Virus record (IMG/VR): IMGVR_UViG_3300034021_000643
DNA length: 58,817 nt
Source: an uncultured virus (IMG/VR IMGVR_UViG_3300034021_000643)
Lineage: Duplodnaviria; Heunggongvirae; Uroviricota; Caudoviricetes
Reading direction: 5' to 3' (one strand)
Shown here: piece by piece, positions 40,639 to 50,259 of the stretch
Numbering within the stretch: position 1 is the stretch's first letter
Layout of the letters: every line of letters begins with the position of its first letter
The notes under the pieces: generated by a model
The model's input: the letters and a program-made list of their open reading frames with translations, nothing else
Told to the model about the DNA's origin: nothing
The model's database searches: none
Position numbers and translations under genes: made by a program

Positions 40639-41586
40639 TTATTCCGTAGCTTCGAAAAACAGGGGATTCAATGGCGCAGATCCCTGGGCCTGATCACGGA
40701 TTCTATCTTGGGCAAACTGGATGTAGTCTGCATCAATGTCAAATCCAATGTAGTCCAAGCCCTGACGCTGCGCGGCCACAGCACTGGTTCCTGATCCCAT
40801 GAATGGATCCACCAACACTCCCGACTTGACTCCGCTGAACCGTATGCACTGTTCGATTAGGGCCACGGGGAACGTGGCGGGATGACTGCCCCTGTGCAGC
40901 TCTCGATTGGCTATGGTATCATAGGGCACATACCAGCTGTTGCCCCGGCATCGAACTGCTGGACGTGGTTTCTGACTAGCCATCTTCTGTGCTAGATCAG
41001 CTGCAAGTTTGGCCTGTTCAGCAGCAGTGGCTCGACGATTGAAGTCTTTGATGTCTGTGAATCCCATCTTCTTGGCCAAACGCCCACGAACGCGGCCGGA
41101 GTTGTCAATGTTGCAGTCCCACATGTAAGGCACTCCAACCGCCAACTTGTCACAGACCACAGCGCCGGTTTTGGTGAAGTGAAACAGATGTTCCCACGTG
41201 GGATTAGCGAATCGTGTGCTGTTGATGGGTTTGAAATGCCCAGAAGTCACGTCATTGACTGCGATGCTCTTGACCCATGTAAAATTGTTCTGCAGGACGA
41301 AATGTCTGCGAGCGATCATGCCCACATCCATGCCCACCCAGGGATCGATGTTGCTGTAGCCCATGTTCAACCAAAAGTGGCCTGTGTCTTTGAGGCAGTG
41401 CTTGACGGCAACAAAAACCCCGTCCAACCATTCTAGATATTCCTGTCTGGGTTTGTTGTCCTGATAGGTGCTGTAGTCGATTCCCAAGTTGTAGGGCGGG
41501 GAAGTTGTGACCATGTCCACACTGGCTGCGGGAAGGGACAGCATGCCTGCCACGCAGTCTTGTAGGTGAATGATGTTGGTCTGCAT
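40639..41586 (-). CDS. DNA methyltransferase, beta class (N4-C/N6-A)
   Basis: TSPPY, HPATFP, DPFMGSGTS. Confidence 0.92.
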   Translation of the reverse strand: MQTNIIHLQDCVAGMLSLPAASVDMVTTSPPYNLGIDYSTYQDNKPRQEYLEWLDGVFVAVKHCLKDTGHFWLNMGYSNIDPWVGMDVGMIARRHFVLQNNFTWVKSIAVNDVTSGHFKPINSTRFANPTWEHLFHFTKTGAVVCDKLAVGVPYMWDCNIDNSGRVRGRLAKKMGFTDIKDFNRRATAAEQAKLAADLAQKMASQKPRPAVRCRGNSWYVPYDTIANRELHRGSHPATFPVALIEQCIRFSGVKSGVLVDPFMGSGTSAVAAQRQGLDYIGFDIDADYIQFAQDRIRDQAQGSAPLNPLFFEATE

Positions 41587-41603
41587 GTGATATTTACGTG
41601 GGG

Positions 41604-41858
41604 TTAGTCCGCATAGATAGAAACGTGAACCGCGTTGCTGCGAAGTGTGGTCTGGCGCATGTGATCGTATCTAGGTCCACGATAGCGCACACGAACACGC
41701 TGCCCGGGACTGGCTCGTTTGACCAAGGCCCTGAAGTATTCAGCTTGGTCTATGGGAACCTGTTTGACCACGCTGAGTTCGTTGACAGGACTGCGATATT
41801 GTTGTATCATTGCTTGTTCGTCTGCGGTCAGCACAGTGAATGCCAAGAATTTGTTCAT
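41604..41858 (-). CDS. Hypothetical protein
   Basis: RBS aaggagc; RVRYRGPR. Confidence 0.65.
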   Translation of the reverse strand: MNKFLAFTVLTADEQAMIQQYRSPVNELSVVKQVPIDQAEYFRALVKRASPGQRVRVRYRGPRYDHMRQTTLRSNAVHVSIYAD

Positions 41859-41874
41859 GATCTGCTCCTTGTTG

Positions 41875-42105
41875 TTATCCAAATGCCTTGTATAGTCCCA
41901 CAAAGCCTATCAGCAGTGCTACCACGTTGACTGTGAACTGAGGTAGGTTACGCACACGCACGGTCCATGCAAGGAATGCCACTGTGCCTATGAATGCTGC
42001 GATGATGTTCCAGGGATATGCTTCTGGACCCATAGCGTTGAGCACATGCATGGCGATAATGGCCGCTGCTCCGGTCCACTGTAAGATGTCATTTGTTCTG
42101 TTCAT
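41875..42105 (-). CDS. Small membrane protein (leaderless)
   Basis: Three hydrophobic segments; ATG 6 nt after -10. Confidence 0.65.
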   Translation of the reverse strand: MNRTNDILQWTGAAAIIAMHVLNAMGPEAYPWNIIAAFIGTVAFLAWTVRVRNLPQFTVNVVALLIGFVGLYKAFG

Positions 42106-42145
42106 GTGTGTATTATAACACTGAACAGCCAGATTGTCAACCAAA

Positions 42146-42535
42146 TTAGGTGTTGTTTTTCTGCAACAGATCAGCGCCGTCCTCTTCGGAGATCACCAAC
42201 CTCACATCCTTCATCCTGTGGGCAATGGCATCTATCAACGTGGCCTTGTCATTTCCCTGTCCAAGGAACGTGGAATCATCCTTGCGGTAAGCGAAGATCT
42301 GATTGCCCTGTTGCTCTAGGGTGATTTCTACCACGGTCAAGTCCTTGGCTTCCTCGACATCTTCCGGCTGCCATCCTGGTGATTGGATCTTGATCATGGC
42401 TCGGAGTAGGTCCTGTTCAGAGACCTTCAAGGCTCGCAACAGTTGCCGGAATCCATCGAGATGCACCTGTCTTGATGCTCTCCATCCTATGAAGATCCCC
42501 ACAGCTGCTGCGATGATTAGTTCTGTCATGTCCAT
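42146..42535 (-). CDS. Hypothetical protein with N-terminal TM anchor (leaderless)
   Basis: ATG 6 nt after -10; FLGQG motif. Confidence 0.7.
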   Translation of the reverse strand: MDMTELIIAAAVGIFIGWRASRQVHLDGFRQLLRALKVSEQDLLRAMIKIQSPGWQPEDVEEAKDLTVVEITLEQQGNQIFAYRKDDSTFLGQGNDKATLIDAIAHRMKDVRLVISEEDGADLLQKNNT

Positions 42536-42632
42536 ATTTATATTATACTGGATTTTGGATCAAAAGTCAACCGTCTAGCAACGGGGCCTGTGGGGTCAAG
42601 AAGAAACCCTACAAGGTGTAGGGTCTTTGCGT

Positions 42633-42779
42633 TTAATAGACAACGTCGTCTAGTTCTATTGCAAGTGCATTAAAAGCATTTTGTATGCGCTCGTGTTCGT
42701 CTAGTCCTACTTGTTCTAGCATGTCTTGCAGTTGCAACATTAAGCTGTCGATTTTTTGTTTAGCTTGTTTGCTTGTCAT
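42633..42779 (-). CDS. 48-aa hypothetical protein (not in ORF track)
   Basis: MTSKQAKQKIDSLMLQLQDML...; own promoter. Confidence 0.55.
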   Translation of the reverse strand: MTSKQAKQKIDSLMLQLQDMLEQVGLDEHERIQNAFNALAIELDDVVY

Positions 42780-42834
42780 CTTTTACTTTCTGTTAAAAAT
42801 GTATTATAGCACAAGTTGTCCAAAATGTCAAGCC

Positions 42835-42910
42835 AAAAAAAAAGACCCTAGGGTTACTAGGGTCTATCAAGGTTGCTGATTACCGAGAGCGAATCGGGTT
42901 ATTCAGCAAC
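42835..42910 (-). ncRNA. Candidate 3'-UTR structured RNA 1: hairpin with loop UUCGCUC plus terminator
   Basis: GUUGCUGA..CCGA-UUCGCUC-UCGG..UCAGCAAC, then AGACCCUAG/CUAGGGUCU stem and U-run. Confidence 0.5.
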
Positions 42911-43210
42911 AGCTTCTGCCTTCGCGACAGTAGTTGTAGTTACCTTGGCAGCTGTGGCCGAAGGGTTCTTCTTGACTACGTAGGCTACAGCAGCTTCGAT
43001 AGCTGCGTTGCCCTTGCCAAAGCCTGTGCTCACCATGTGCGCACCGATCTCCGCTTTGGTCATCTCATGTGGAAGATCCACGAGCTGCACGTCTGTGTGA
43101 CCGTTCTTGGCCAGGATCTTGACACGCATGGTGTCGTTGGCGAAACGAACCTTGGTCTTGCCTTCGTATGTTGAAACGCCTGCTACTGCAAACTTTTTAT
43201 CTGTTGCCAT
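42899..43210 (-). CDS. Hypothetical protein
   Basis: FAVAGVS..KVRFAND; own promoter; RBS gaggt. Confidence 0.75.
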   Translation of the reverse strand: MATDKKFAVAGVSTYEGKTKVRFANDTMRVKILAKNGHTDVQLVDLPHEMTKAEIGAHMVSTGFGKGNAAIEAAVAYVVKKNPSATAAKVTTTTVAKAEAVAE

Positions 43211-43298
43211 GATGTTACCTCTTTCTGTGTGTGTTAAAAATATGCCAATCATTCAGCATGTTATTAGTATAGCATACCAAATTCAAACAGTCAACCAT

Positions 43299-43475
43299 TC
43301 ATTTTACCAAATTAACCTGAATAGTGACACTCTCTTTCTCGTCAAGGGCGGTGATGAACTCATCGTCAAAGACCAGATCCTGCATGCTAAGGTCGATCAT
43401 TTCTTCGACTCTAGCCATATCGGGTGTGCCGTTCCCAGCACAAACCACGTTGAAAACAAATTGATATTCTCTCAT
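43299..43475 (-). CDS. Hypothetical protein
   Basis: Coupled to upstream ORF. Confidence 0.55.
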   Translation of the reverse strand: MREYQFVFNVVCAGNGTPDMARVEEMIDLSMQDLVFDDEFITALDEKESVTIQVNLVK

Positions 43476-43765
43476 AACCATCTATCCTTTGCCAAGGTAA
43501 AGTTAACCAGGGCCGAGTCACGAAAGAACACATTGCCGTCTGTGTCCCAGGCCCATTCCGGCACTGCCCGACCCGCCTTCTTGATAGCCCACGCTTCGTG
43601 AATGAAACAGCCTGGGCCATTCATCTGCGTCATGTAGCATCGCATTTCGTAGAAGGCCATGAGTCCTTGGGCACGAGCTTCTTCACCGTACCAATGACCG
43701 CTATTGGTTCTGTGTGTCCAAACACCGTAGCCACTATAGCGTCGATCAAGTTTGATTACTTTCAT
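43472..43765 (-). CDS. Hypothetical protein
   Basis: ATGA-coupled; MKVIKLDRRY. Confidence 0.65.
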   Translation of the reverse strand: MKVIKLDRRYSGYGVWTHRTNSGHWYGEEARAQGLMAFYEMRCYMTQMNGPGCFIHEAWAIKKAGRAVPEWAWDTDGNVFFRDSALVNFTLAKDRWL

Positions 43766-44379
43766 TCTGCGATCAGCGCCTTCTTCTCGGCACCATCCTT
43801 GATCCAAGCAGTGAGCTCTTCTTCATTCTCAGCCTCGTATTCCCGGATGCTTTCTGCAATGCCAAATGCTTCGTTGATCTCTGGATAGTGCTGTTCGATA
43901 TCATCGGCACTCATGCCTTCGAGGCTGATCTCTTCATCATTGCCATCACCGTAGGCACCAGCAAAAGCCATACCTGATTCGTAATACATAGCGTTGACCT
44001 TGAAGCCCAACTCTTCTAACTTCACATAGGCATTCACAGGAGGAGCCCAGGCTGAATCAAAGTAGGTGTGTAGCATCTTGCCATCTGGATGCACATCAGT
44101 GCTTCCTTCACAGCCTACATCCCATTTGGTTCCCCACTCGCCTACACAGAAGTCATACCAGTTGCCATAACCGTATTTCTCTAGATTCTCAGCGGTCTTG
44201 CGTTCTAGTTCTCTCTGCTCGTCACCGTCACCCAATCGTCCTGCAACGATCTGCAGATCCGTTGGCACTGGAATGAACTCATTCAAGAACTCTCCACGCA
44301 ACAGTGCATCTGCGGCACGCTTGATCATTGCTGGGTCTTCGTGTTCCAGTGTTAGGTTGTTGTTGCACCAATTAGGCAT
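43762..44379 (-). CDS. DUF1281/YubB-like ferredoxin-fold protein
   Basis: MPNWCNN, WYDFCVGEWGTKWD, FDSAWAPP, YYESGM. Confidence 0.75.
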   Translation of the reverse strand: MPNWCNNNLTLEHEDPAMIKRAADALLRGEFLNEFIPVPTDLQIVAGRLGDGDEQRELERKTAENLEKYGYGNWYDFCVGEWGTKWDVGCEGSTDVHPDGKMLHTYFDSAWAPPVNAYVKLEELGFKVNAMYYESGMAFAGAYGDGNDEEISLEGMSADDIEQHYPEINEAFGIAESIREYEAENEEELTAWIKDGAEKKALIAE

Positions 44380-44388
44380 GTTCGCTCC

Positions 44389-44598
44389 TTAAGATGTTGT
44401 TAAAAGATTCATCAGGTTCCGGTTGAGTGTGTCCATCTCACTCTGCTCAACATAGAAGTCTGTGCGTGGATCCCAATACTTGCCCTCTTTGGGATCGTAA
44501 TACAAAACCCTACCAAGGAAGTTGAATGGGCCTTCTAACCCTGGGCGTGGACCATACTTGTCACGCATTGTATCGAATTCAAATGTCTTATAACCCAT
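44389..44598 (-). CDS. Hypothetical early protein
   Basis: GLEGPF..YYDPKEGKYWDP; AAGGAGAGCGA RBS. Confidence 0.75.
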   Translation of the reverse strand: MGYKTFEFDTMRDKYGPRPGLEGPFNFLGRVLYYDPKEGKYWDPRTDFYVEQSEMDTLNRNLMNLLTTS

Positions 44599-44632
44599 TA
44601 CTCGCTCTCCTTAGTATGTGTATATTATACTA

Positions 44633-44863
44633 TCAGTTGCTCAATTTGTCAACCGATTCGTAGTCTTTAACCATACGGTACAAAGGGTCTATGATCTCCA
44701 CGTGCTCAAGCTCGAAATCGTCTGTTGCCCAATCCATCCACTCTTCTGAGAACACTTCCACTTCCCCTGCCTGGAGCATCTCCCGAGCTTCTTCTTCAGT
44801 TGCTGCGTCGACCACGTAGATTTCCGATATGATGGCATTGCGCCAAAATGTGAACTTCTTCAT
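44633..44863 (-). CDS. Hypothetical protein
   Basis: ATGA-coupled. Confidence 0.65.
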   Translation of the reverse strand: MKKFTFWRNAIISEIYVVDAATEEEAREMLQAGEVEVFSEEWMDWATDDFELEHVEIIDPLYRMVKDYESVDKLSN

Positions 44864-45126
44864 CGGTAGTCTTTCTTGTCACCGTAGAGTTCGTTGTGGG
44901 TGTAGCCTCTTTGATACTCTGCTACTTCTTCCTCAGACAACTGATCAACACGCAGACCTGAGTCGCCTCCCACACCGCCGTAGTGTGGATCACGTGATCG
45001 ACCGTAGTAGGAATCAGCACTGCCACGATCAAACAGGCAACCGTGTTGCTTGCGATCGAACTGCCATCCCTTGAGGATCTTTATGATACGCTCTTGTTCT
45101 GTGTCAGATTCTAGTTTAATATACAT
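44860..45126 (-). CDS. Hypothetical early protein
   Basis: FDRGSADSYYGR; AAGGAGCGAA RBS. Confidence 0.75.
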   Translation of the reverse strand: MYIKLESDTEQERIIKILKGWQFDRKQHGCLFDRGSADSYYGRSRDPHYGGVGGDSGLRVDQLSEEEVAEYQRGYTHNELYGDKKDYR

Positions 45127-45180
45127 CTTCGCTCCTTGTTATTCACTATACCTATAGTATAACACCGATGATCCAATCTG

Positions 45181-45630
45181 TCAACCAAAAAGTGTTTTGC
45201 GGGCTTTGAGCGGAATCTTGCCGCTGGGATAATCACGCACTAGATCAGTGCCCTGTTTGAACACTACTCGAACCTTGGGGAACTCTGTAACATCGCTGAT
45301 GATGTAGTCGATGCTCTCGGCGTGCTCGTGTAACACCACTGTGTCGATCTTACGACCCGCCCCTAACATGGTGCTAGGGGCATAGCTGGCTCCACCTTTG
45401 GTAAAGCCTTTGAGATCAAACTTGCGTCCAGTGGTCTTACTCACGTGATCATAGCCCTTGGCGTCCACGAACTCCAAGTCCGGGAACCACGTAGGAATCG
45501 TGTGCTCCAAGAACTTGCTGGCCACACGACCGTCTTGAAACAGAGTGTGCAGTTGCTCCACAGGCATATCTCCAAATTGGATTTTGCCTGTGAAGTCAAA
45601 TTCGTATGTGGTGTTGTATTGTGTGTTCAT
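45181..45630 (-). CDS. Putative PD-(D/E)xK nuclease (restriction-endonuclease-like), leaderless
   Basis: E..(KFLE)..KGYDHV..KFDLKGF pattern; ATG 6 nt after -10. Confidence 0.45.
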   Translation of the reverse strand: MNTQYNTTYEFDFTGKIQFGDMPVEQLHTLFQDGRVASKFLEHTIPTWFPDLEFVDAKGYDHVSKTTGRKFDLKGFTKGGASYAPSTMLGAGRKIDTVVLHEHAESIDYIISDVTEFPKVRVVFKQGTDLVRDYPSGKIPLKARKTLFG

Positions 45631-45681
45631 GCTTGTATTATAGCAAGGTTTCACCACATTGTCAACCACTTGGGAAAGACC

Positions 45682-46008
45682 CTATCCGCGCCTGGGTTTC
45701 ATCAGAGCCTGTGCCTCTTTGCGCAGTTGTCCCGCTTCCTTGTACCTGCGGTCTGCCTGCTCCTTGAGGTCAGCTGATCGTGCTTTAGCCAGCTTCCCAC
45801 CACCAAACTCACGTTCAATGTAAAAGTAGATCAAGCTGTTCTTGATCATAACAGTAAGGTCACTGCCCGAGTCCTCGGGGCAGATAAAACGCACAGGGCA
45901 TGAACCCCAACCGCCACTTTCTAGGAACTCTGCGTAGTATCGTCTGTGATCTTTGTTGTAAGGATCAAAGGCCACCAAGGGCCTTGCTAGGTATTCTAAT
46001 CTACTCAT
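45682..46008 (-). CDS. Hypothetical protein
   Basis: FDPYNKDHR..WGSCPVRF. Confidence 0.7.
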   Translation of the reverse strand: MSRLEYLARPLVAFDPYNKDHRRYYAEFLESGGWGSCPVRFICPEDSGSDLTVMIKNSLIYFYIEREFGGGKLAKARSADLKEQADRRYKEAGQLRKEAQALMKPRRG

Positions 46009-46175
46009 GCTCCTTGGTAGGGACTATAGATCTCTTCGTCCTCTACATCCTTAACCCCCATGGTCTCAAGTGCACCTAAGACTAGCTCTACAGGGCACTC
46101 TAACAAAGCAGCGATCATCTTGGCACTGTGGCCTTCGATGTATAGTTCTTGGATATCGTAATCCAGATTACTCAT
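46005..46175 (-). CDS. 56-aa hypothetical, possible HTH (not in ORF track)
   Basis: MSNLDYDIQELYIEGHSAKMIAALLECPVELV; ATGA overlap with next gene. Confidence 0.6.
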   Translation of the reverse strand: MSNLDYDIQELYIEGHSAKMIAALLECPVELVLGALETMGVKDVEDEEIYSPYQGA

Positions 46176-46180
46176 TGCGC

Positions 46181-46306
46181 TCATTTAACAGTCTCCTTCA
46201 TTACTTCTTGAGTTTTACCAACGGCCTTATCTACAGCAGATGCTACACCAGAGATTCCCACTGTGGCCACGAACATACCAGCGATGAATGCCAAAATGAT
46301 TTTCAT
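46181..46306 (-). CDS. 41-aa membrane/secreted peptide (not in ORF track)
   Basis: MKIILAFIAGMFVATVG...; GGAGCGAA RBS. Confidence 0.55.
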   Translation of the reverse strand: MKIILAFIAGMFVATVGISGVASAVDKAVGKTQEVMKETVK

Positions 46307-46455
46307 TAGTCTTCGCTCCATTCACGAAAGTTAGGTTTAGGATCATTGCGATGTTTGAAACGATACCACAACATCTGAGGAATGCCCATGCGCCAGGCAT
46401 ACATAAAGTCCATTACAATCATACCTGCTACGAAAGCTAAAATCAGTTCTATCAT
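46306..46455 (-). CDS. 49-aa membrane peptide (not in ORF track)
   Basis: MIELILAFVAGMIVMDF...; promoter plus AAGGAGCGG RBS. Confidence 0.55.
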   Translation of the reverse strand: MIELILAFVAGMIVMDFMYAWRMGIPQMLWYRFKHRNDPKPNFREWSED

Positions 46456-46643
46456 TACCGCTCCTTCCTTGTTAATATGTCTATATTATAACACCAATCT
46501 ATCCAGATGTCAACACCTAGATTACACGCACACGTAAGCAGCGGGGCCTGTGGCATTTGTGCCACAACCCCTGGCACTTCAGTCTGAGTGTGGTGGTAGA
46601 TCATAGTCCATAGGATCGTTAGGGAACCTAGGTGTGGTAGGGC

Positions 46644-47849
46644 TCATGCAGTCTCCTTCTCATAGATCACAGTCTGACCAAACGGTGCGTTGGCCTGTGT
46701 ATTGCCTTTGACGATAAAGATTGTATCGCAGTAGTCCTCGTCACCCCAACCACCGCATGGGTAGCCGTCTGTGAACATAATAAACTTCTTGGGCTGGATA
46801 CCGTTCTCTTCCATGAATGTCCAATTGACTTCAAAGTCTGTGCCACCGCCACCCTGTGGTTCATACTCTTCTAACTCGTGACCTTCGTCGTGTGTGATGG
46901 TCTTCCAGTTGTAGATGTCTGTGTCAAAGCACCACAAGTTAATGCGGAAGTCCTCATACTGATCCATGATGCCTTTGATCTCGCTGAGGAATGCAGTTGC
47001 ATCTTCGTCACCAATTGAACCTGACATATCAATGCTGATTGCCACGTCGATAGTAGTTGCTTCTTTCATGCCCGGCAGTATGGCACCTGAGTGCATACTC
47101 TTGCGATTCACACGCTGAAAGGAGTAGTCGTTGCGAACGATGCTTTGGATCTCTTGTTGCACCAACTGGCGCCAGTCCATCTTAGGCTCAGTCATGTTCT
47201 TGATCATACGCATGATGCCTGCAGGAGTCTTGCCTGCACCTGCGGCCGCGGCACTTTGGATCATTGCGTCTTTGACCTCTTGCTTGATCTTTTCTGCTTC
47301 TTCTTTGGTAAGGCTAGGCTTGCCCTTGCCGTCTTTGGTCTTGTCGCCGCCAGCACCAGCACCTTCTTCTTCTTTGATGTGCTCGTCTAAGAGATCGCCC
47401 AATTGCTTGAGCAATTGATCCATAGGGATCTTCTCTGCCTGCTCATACAATTGATCGTAGATCTCTTCCCAAGCCATGCCGCGATACTTTGGATCATAGC
47501 AGATCTTAACTTCAGTGATCTTCTCACCAATGCGTTCGTCTACAAGGATCTGGTTGACAGCGTAGTCTTGTGCGATGTTCGCCAGCATACGATCTCTGCT
47601 ACCGCAACGACCAAAGTGATCAAAGATAGCATGACAGATCTCATGTGCAAAGAGGAACTCTAGTTTCTTAACACTGAGCTTCTTGACGAACTCTGTGTTA
47701 TACATAAAGTCACGACCGTTAGTGGCCGCAGTCGGGCACCAGTCGTCGCTTTGGATCAAACGCATACGAGTGGCCATGTTGCCAAAGAAAGGCGCTTTGA
47801 GTAGCAGTCCTACTCGTGCAGTTGTTAGTTTCTCTACGATTGGGTCCAT
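46644..47849 (-). CDS. Metallopeptidase-like (HExxH) plus VWA domain protein (DUF2201-type)
   Basis: TAATNG, AHEICH, DYAVN; MIDAS DMSGS, GGGGTDF, FTDG. Confidence 0.88.
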   Translation of the reverse strand: MDPIVEKLTTARVGLLLKAPFFGNMATRMRLIQSDDWCPTAATNGRDFMYNTEFVKKLSVKKLEFLFAHEICHAIFDHFGRCGSRDRMLANIAQDYAVNQILVDERIGEKITEVKICYDPKYRGMAWEEIYDQLYEQAEKIPMDQLLKQLGDLLDEHIKEEEGAGAGGDKTKDGKGKPSLTKEEAEKIKQEVKDAMIQSAAAAGAGKTPAGIMRMIKNMTEPKMDWRQLVQQEIQSIVRNDYSFQRVNRKSMHSGAILPGMKEATTIDVAISIDMSGSIGDEDATAFLSEIKGIMDQYEDFRINLWCFDTDIYNWKTITHDEGHELEEYEPQGGGGTDFEVNWTFMEENGIQPKKFIMFTDGYPCGGWGDEDYCDTIFIVKGNTQANAPFGQTVIYEKETA

Positions 47850-47905
47850 GTGTCGCTCTCCTTAGTATGTGTATATTATAGCATCTATTTACACACCTGT
47901 CAACC

Positions 47906-47943
47906 AAAAAAGGTGGGCGGGCAACTCTGAGAAGCTCCCGCCC
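47906..47943 (-). terminator. Rho-independent terminator after AAA gene
   Basis: GGGCGGG...CCCGCCC stem then U-run on the minus strand. Confidence 0.65.
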
Positions 47944-47960
47944 TTGCTATGGGCGAGGTC

Positions 47961-49046
47961 TTAATTCTCCATAGCACTGAGAACATACTTACCGAAACGC
48001 TTGTGGAACTCATCGAAGCTCTTCATCTTCGTTGCATCCAAAGGCAAGTCATAATTGGTAAGTGCAGTCTTGGCACCCATCACAACCAACTCAGTTGGGA
48101 AATTGTCCATCATGTAGCGGAAGAAGCAGTCTGCCATACCATCCCAACCCTTGGCCTTCTTCTCTGCTTGGTCTTTCAACTCATAGCACAAAGACACGGT
48201 CAATGAATACATGGCTGACACTTCTTTGATCTGCAGGTCCTTGACCTTACCGCTGAGGATGTCCTCTGCCTTAGGCAAGCGTCCTGCAATCTTACGGTGA
48301 GCCATAAACTTGGTAGCCAAGCCATCACCAACCGCACCAGCGATCAGGGTGGCCAGTGTGTCGTTGTCGCAGTCATCGTCCTGCAGGAGTTCGCTGACGA
48401 ACACCCAAGAGCGTGGAGTTGCGAATGACTTTGAAGGGCTCTTAGGATCAAAGTCATACAAGTCTTGCTTGGCAAAACCCACATAACCCAAGACCTCTGG
48501 ATGCACCTTGTTGAGCGTAGCCCAGTCTTGGAAGTCATCAAAGTCTACCTTCATCTCCAAGTGGACGAAACGGTTAGCCAACGGAGCTGGCATACGATAT
48601 GTCACACCACGGTCACCTTCACGGTTACCGGCGGCAACCACGTCAACACCTGCAGGCAATTTGTATGTGCCTACACGGCGGTTCAGGATCAACTGATAGG
48701 CCGCGGCTTGCACGGCTGGGGGAGCGGAGTTCAACTCATCCAAGAAGATGATTGCGGTGCTCTCTGGGTCTGTAGGCAGTTCGCTGGGAGGAGCCCAGAC
48801 CATCTTGCCCTGATCAGCATTGTAGTAGGGGATACCCTTGATGTCTGTGGGTTCCCACAGGGCCAGTCGAACGTCAACCACTTCACGGCCTGCCTGCTCG
48901 CCGATCTGCTTGACAACATCACTCTTGCCAATGCCGGGAGGGCCCCACAGGAATGTAGGACGACGAGTTTGAATCGCCTTACGGATCGCCTTCATAGCAC
49001 CCTTAGGGCCTACTTGACGGACGGAAATATCAGTTTGCTTTGACAT
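47961..49046 (-). CDS. MoxR-like AAA+ ATPase
   Basis: GPPGIGKS, FLDELN, AAGNR, LANRF, TPRSW. Confidence 0.9.
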   Translation of the reverse strand: MSKQTDISVRQVGPKGAMKAIRKAIQTRRPTFLWGPPGIGKSDVVKQIGEQAGREVVDVRLALWEPTDIKGIPYYNADQGKMVWAPPSELPTDPESTAIIFLDELNSAPPAVQAAAYQLILNRRVGTYKLPAGVDVVAAGNREGDRGVTYRMPAPLANRFVHLEMKVDFDDFQDWATLNKVHPEVLGYVGFAKQDLYDFDPKSPSKSFATPRSWVFVSELLQDDDCDNDTLATLIAGAVGDGLATKFMAHRKIAGRLPKAEDILSGKVKDLQIKEVSAMYSLTVSLCYELKDQAEKKAKGWDGMADCFFRYMMDNFPTELVVMGAKTALTNYDLPLDATKMKSFDEFHKRFGKYVLSAMEN

Positions 49047-49122
49047 AAGACCTCGCTAGTTAAAAACGGTTAAAACAATTAATCTCTCAGTATCATAAGT
49101 ATAACACCAATCTGCTCAGTTG

Positions 49123-49752
49123 TCAACCTACGATTTTCACATAATTCAACTGTGTTGTATTATCGCCACGCTGGGCTTTGACTTTGGCTTTGATGCTGAC
49201 TGTGCCCTTAAACTCCTCAGAAGCCCAAAAGTCCACAAAGCTCTCACCCATACGGGCCGTGACACGCCACTTGCCATAGTTCTGGTTCCAGTAGCATTTG
49301 ATCACTTCGATGTCTCCCTGGATGCGATCACCAACAGCAGCAACAAGCTGGGTGCTGAACCTGATCTCAGTTGTGAGTTGGTTCTTGGCTTGATCGCGCA
49401 GCATAGCAGCTGGCAAGCATGAGACCACAGCGAAATCAAACATATCGCGACCTGTGAACTCATCCTTTTGGGCGATCTTCAGGGCCTGACGTTCAAAGTC
49501 GTTGATCTTGCCTGCGATCTCTTTGAGTAGAAAGCCGTTGAAGTAGTTGCGAACCTCACGACCCCTCTCGATATCTGCAGCTGTAACCAGCGAGAAGGAG
49601 TTGCTGCGGAGCCAATCTTTGACCATCTGCTTGTTGGCCTGCTTCTCGATCACATCTAGGTTTTGAGCGTATACAGGCTCTTTGAGATAGCCCCCGTTGA
49701 TACGATCTGCAGCTACCGCGGCACCCCATACTTGATCTGCTGTGAATTGCAT
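49123..49752 (-). CDS. Hypothetical early protein with possible C-terminal OB fold
   Basis: Promoter plus AGGAGCGAG RBS; ends TQLNYVKI. Confidence 0.7.
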   Translation of the reverse strand: MQFTADQVWGAAVAADRINGGYLKEPVYAQNLDVIEKQANKQMVKDWLRSNSFSLVTAADIERGREVRNYFNGFLLKEIAGKINDFERQALKIAQKDEFTGRDMFDFAVVSCLPAAMLRDQAKNQLTTEIRFSTQLVAAVGDRIQGDIEVIKCYWNQNYGKWRVTARMGESFVDFWASEEFKGTVSIKAKVKAQRGDNTTQLNYVKIVG

Positions 49753-49832
49753 ACTCGCTCCTAAGTTCTTACTATGATGCTAGTATACTATCATTTATCC
49801 AATCTGTCAACCTCTTTTGGAGAGTGCCGGCC

Positions 49833-49902
49833 AAAGAAAAAGGGTGTTGCTTTTACACAACACCCTCCAAAGACGCCCCGGGAGCGAATCGGCTTGTCTT
49901 TG
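49833..49902 (-). ncRNA. Candidate 3'-UTR structured RNA 2: hairpin with loop AUUCGCUCC plus terminator
   Basis: CAAAGAC..CCG-AUUCGCUCC-CGG..GUCUUUG, then AGGGUGUUG/CAACACCCU stem and U-run. Confidence 0.5.
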
Positions 49903-49911
49903 AAACCCTAA

Positions 49912-50181
49912 TTAAAGAGTGATGCCCAATGCCTTGGCCTTGTAGCCTAGAGCAACGATTTCACGGCTTGGCTGGCCCATCACGTATTCTGTGACAGTCA
50001 CGCCATTGCCTGCTGTGCGTTGGTTAGCATAAACAGCATAACCATTCTGCTTGATGCGGCTGACTTCTGCTGACAGGTTGCCTACACCCATTTTACGAGC
50101 TTGAGCTGCTGTAAGAGCTGCACCATTGTAGAGTGCGTTGAAGACCTTGAAAGTCTTTGTTTCTGGATTGAAACGTTTCAT
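49912..50181 (-). CDS. Winged-helix/HTH DNA-binding protein
   Basis: LTAAQARKMGVGNLSAEVSRIKQNGYAV pattern. Confidence 0.65.
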   Translation of the reverse strand: MKRFNPETKTFKVFNALYNGAALTAAQARKMGVGNLSAEVSRIKQNGYAVYANQRTAGNGVTVTEYVMGQPSREIVALGYKAKALGITL

Positions 50182-50259
50182 GTTTAAGTTTCCTTTGTTG
50201 TTGAGCTGAACTTCATCAGCGTTTTATTATAATAACAGAACGCTGATCTAAGGTCAAGC

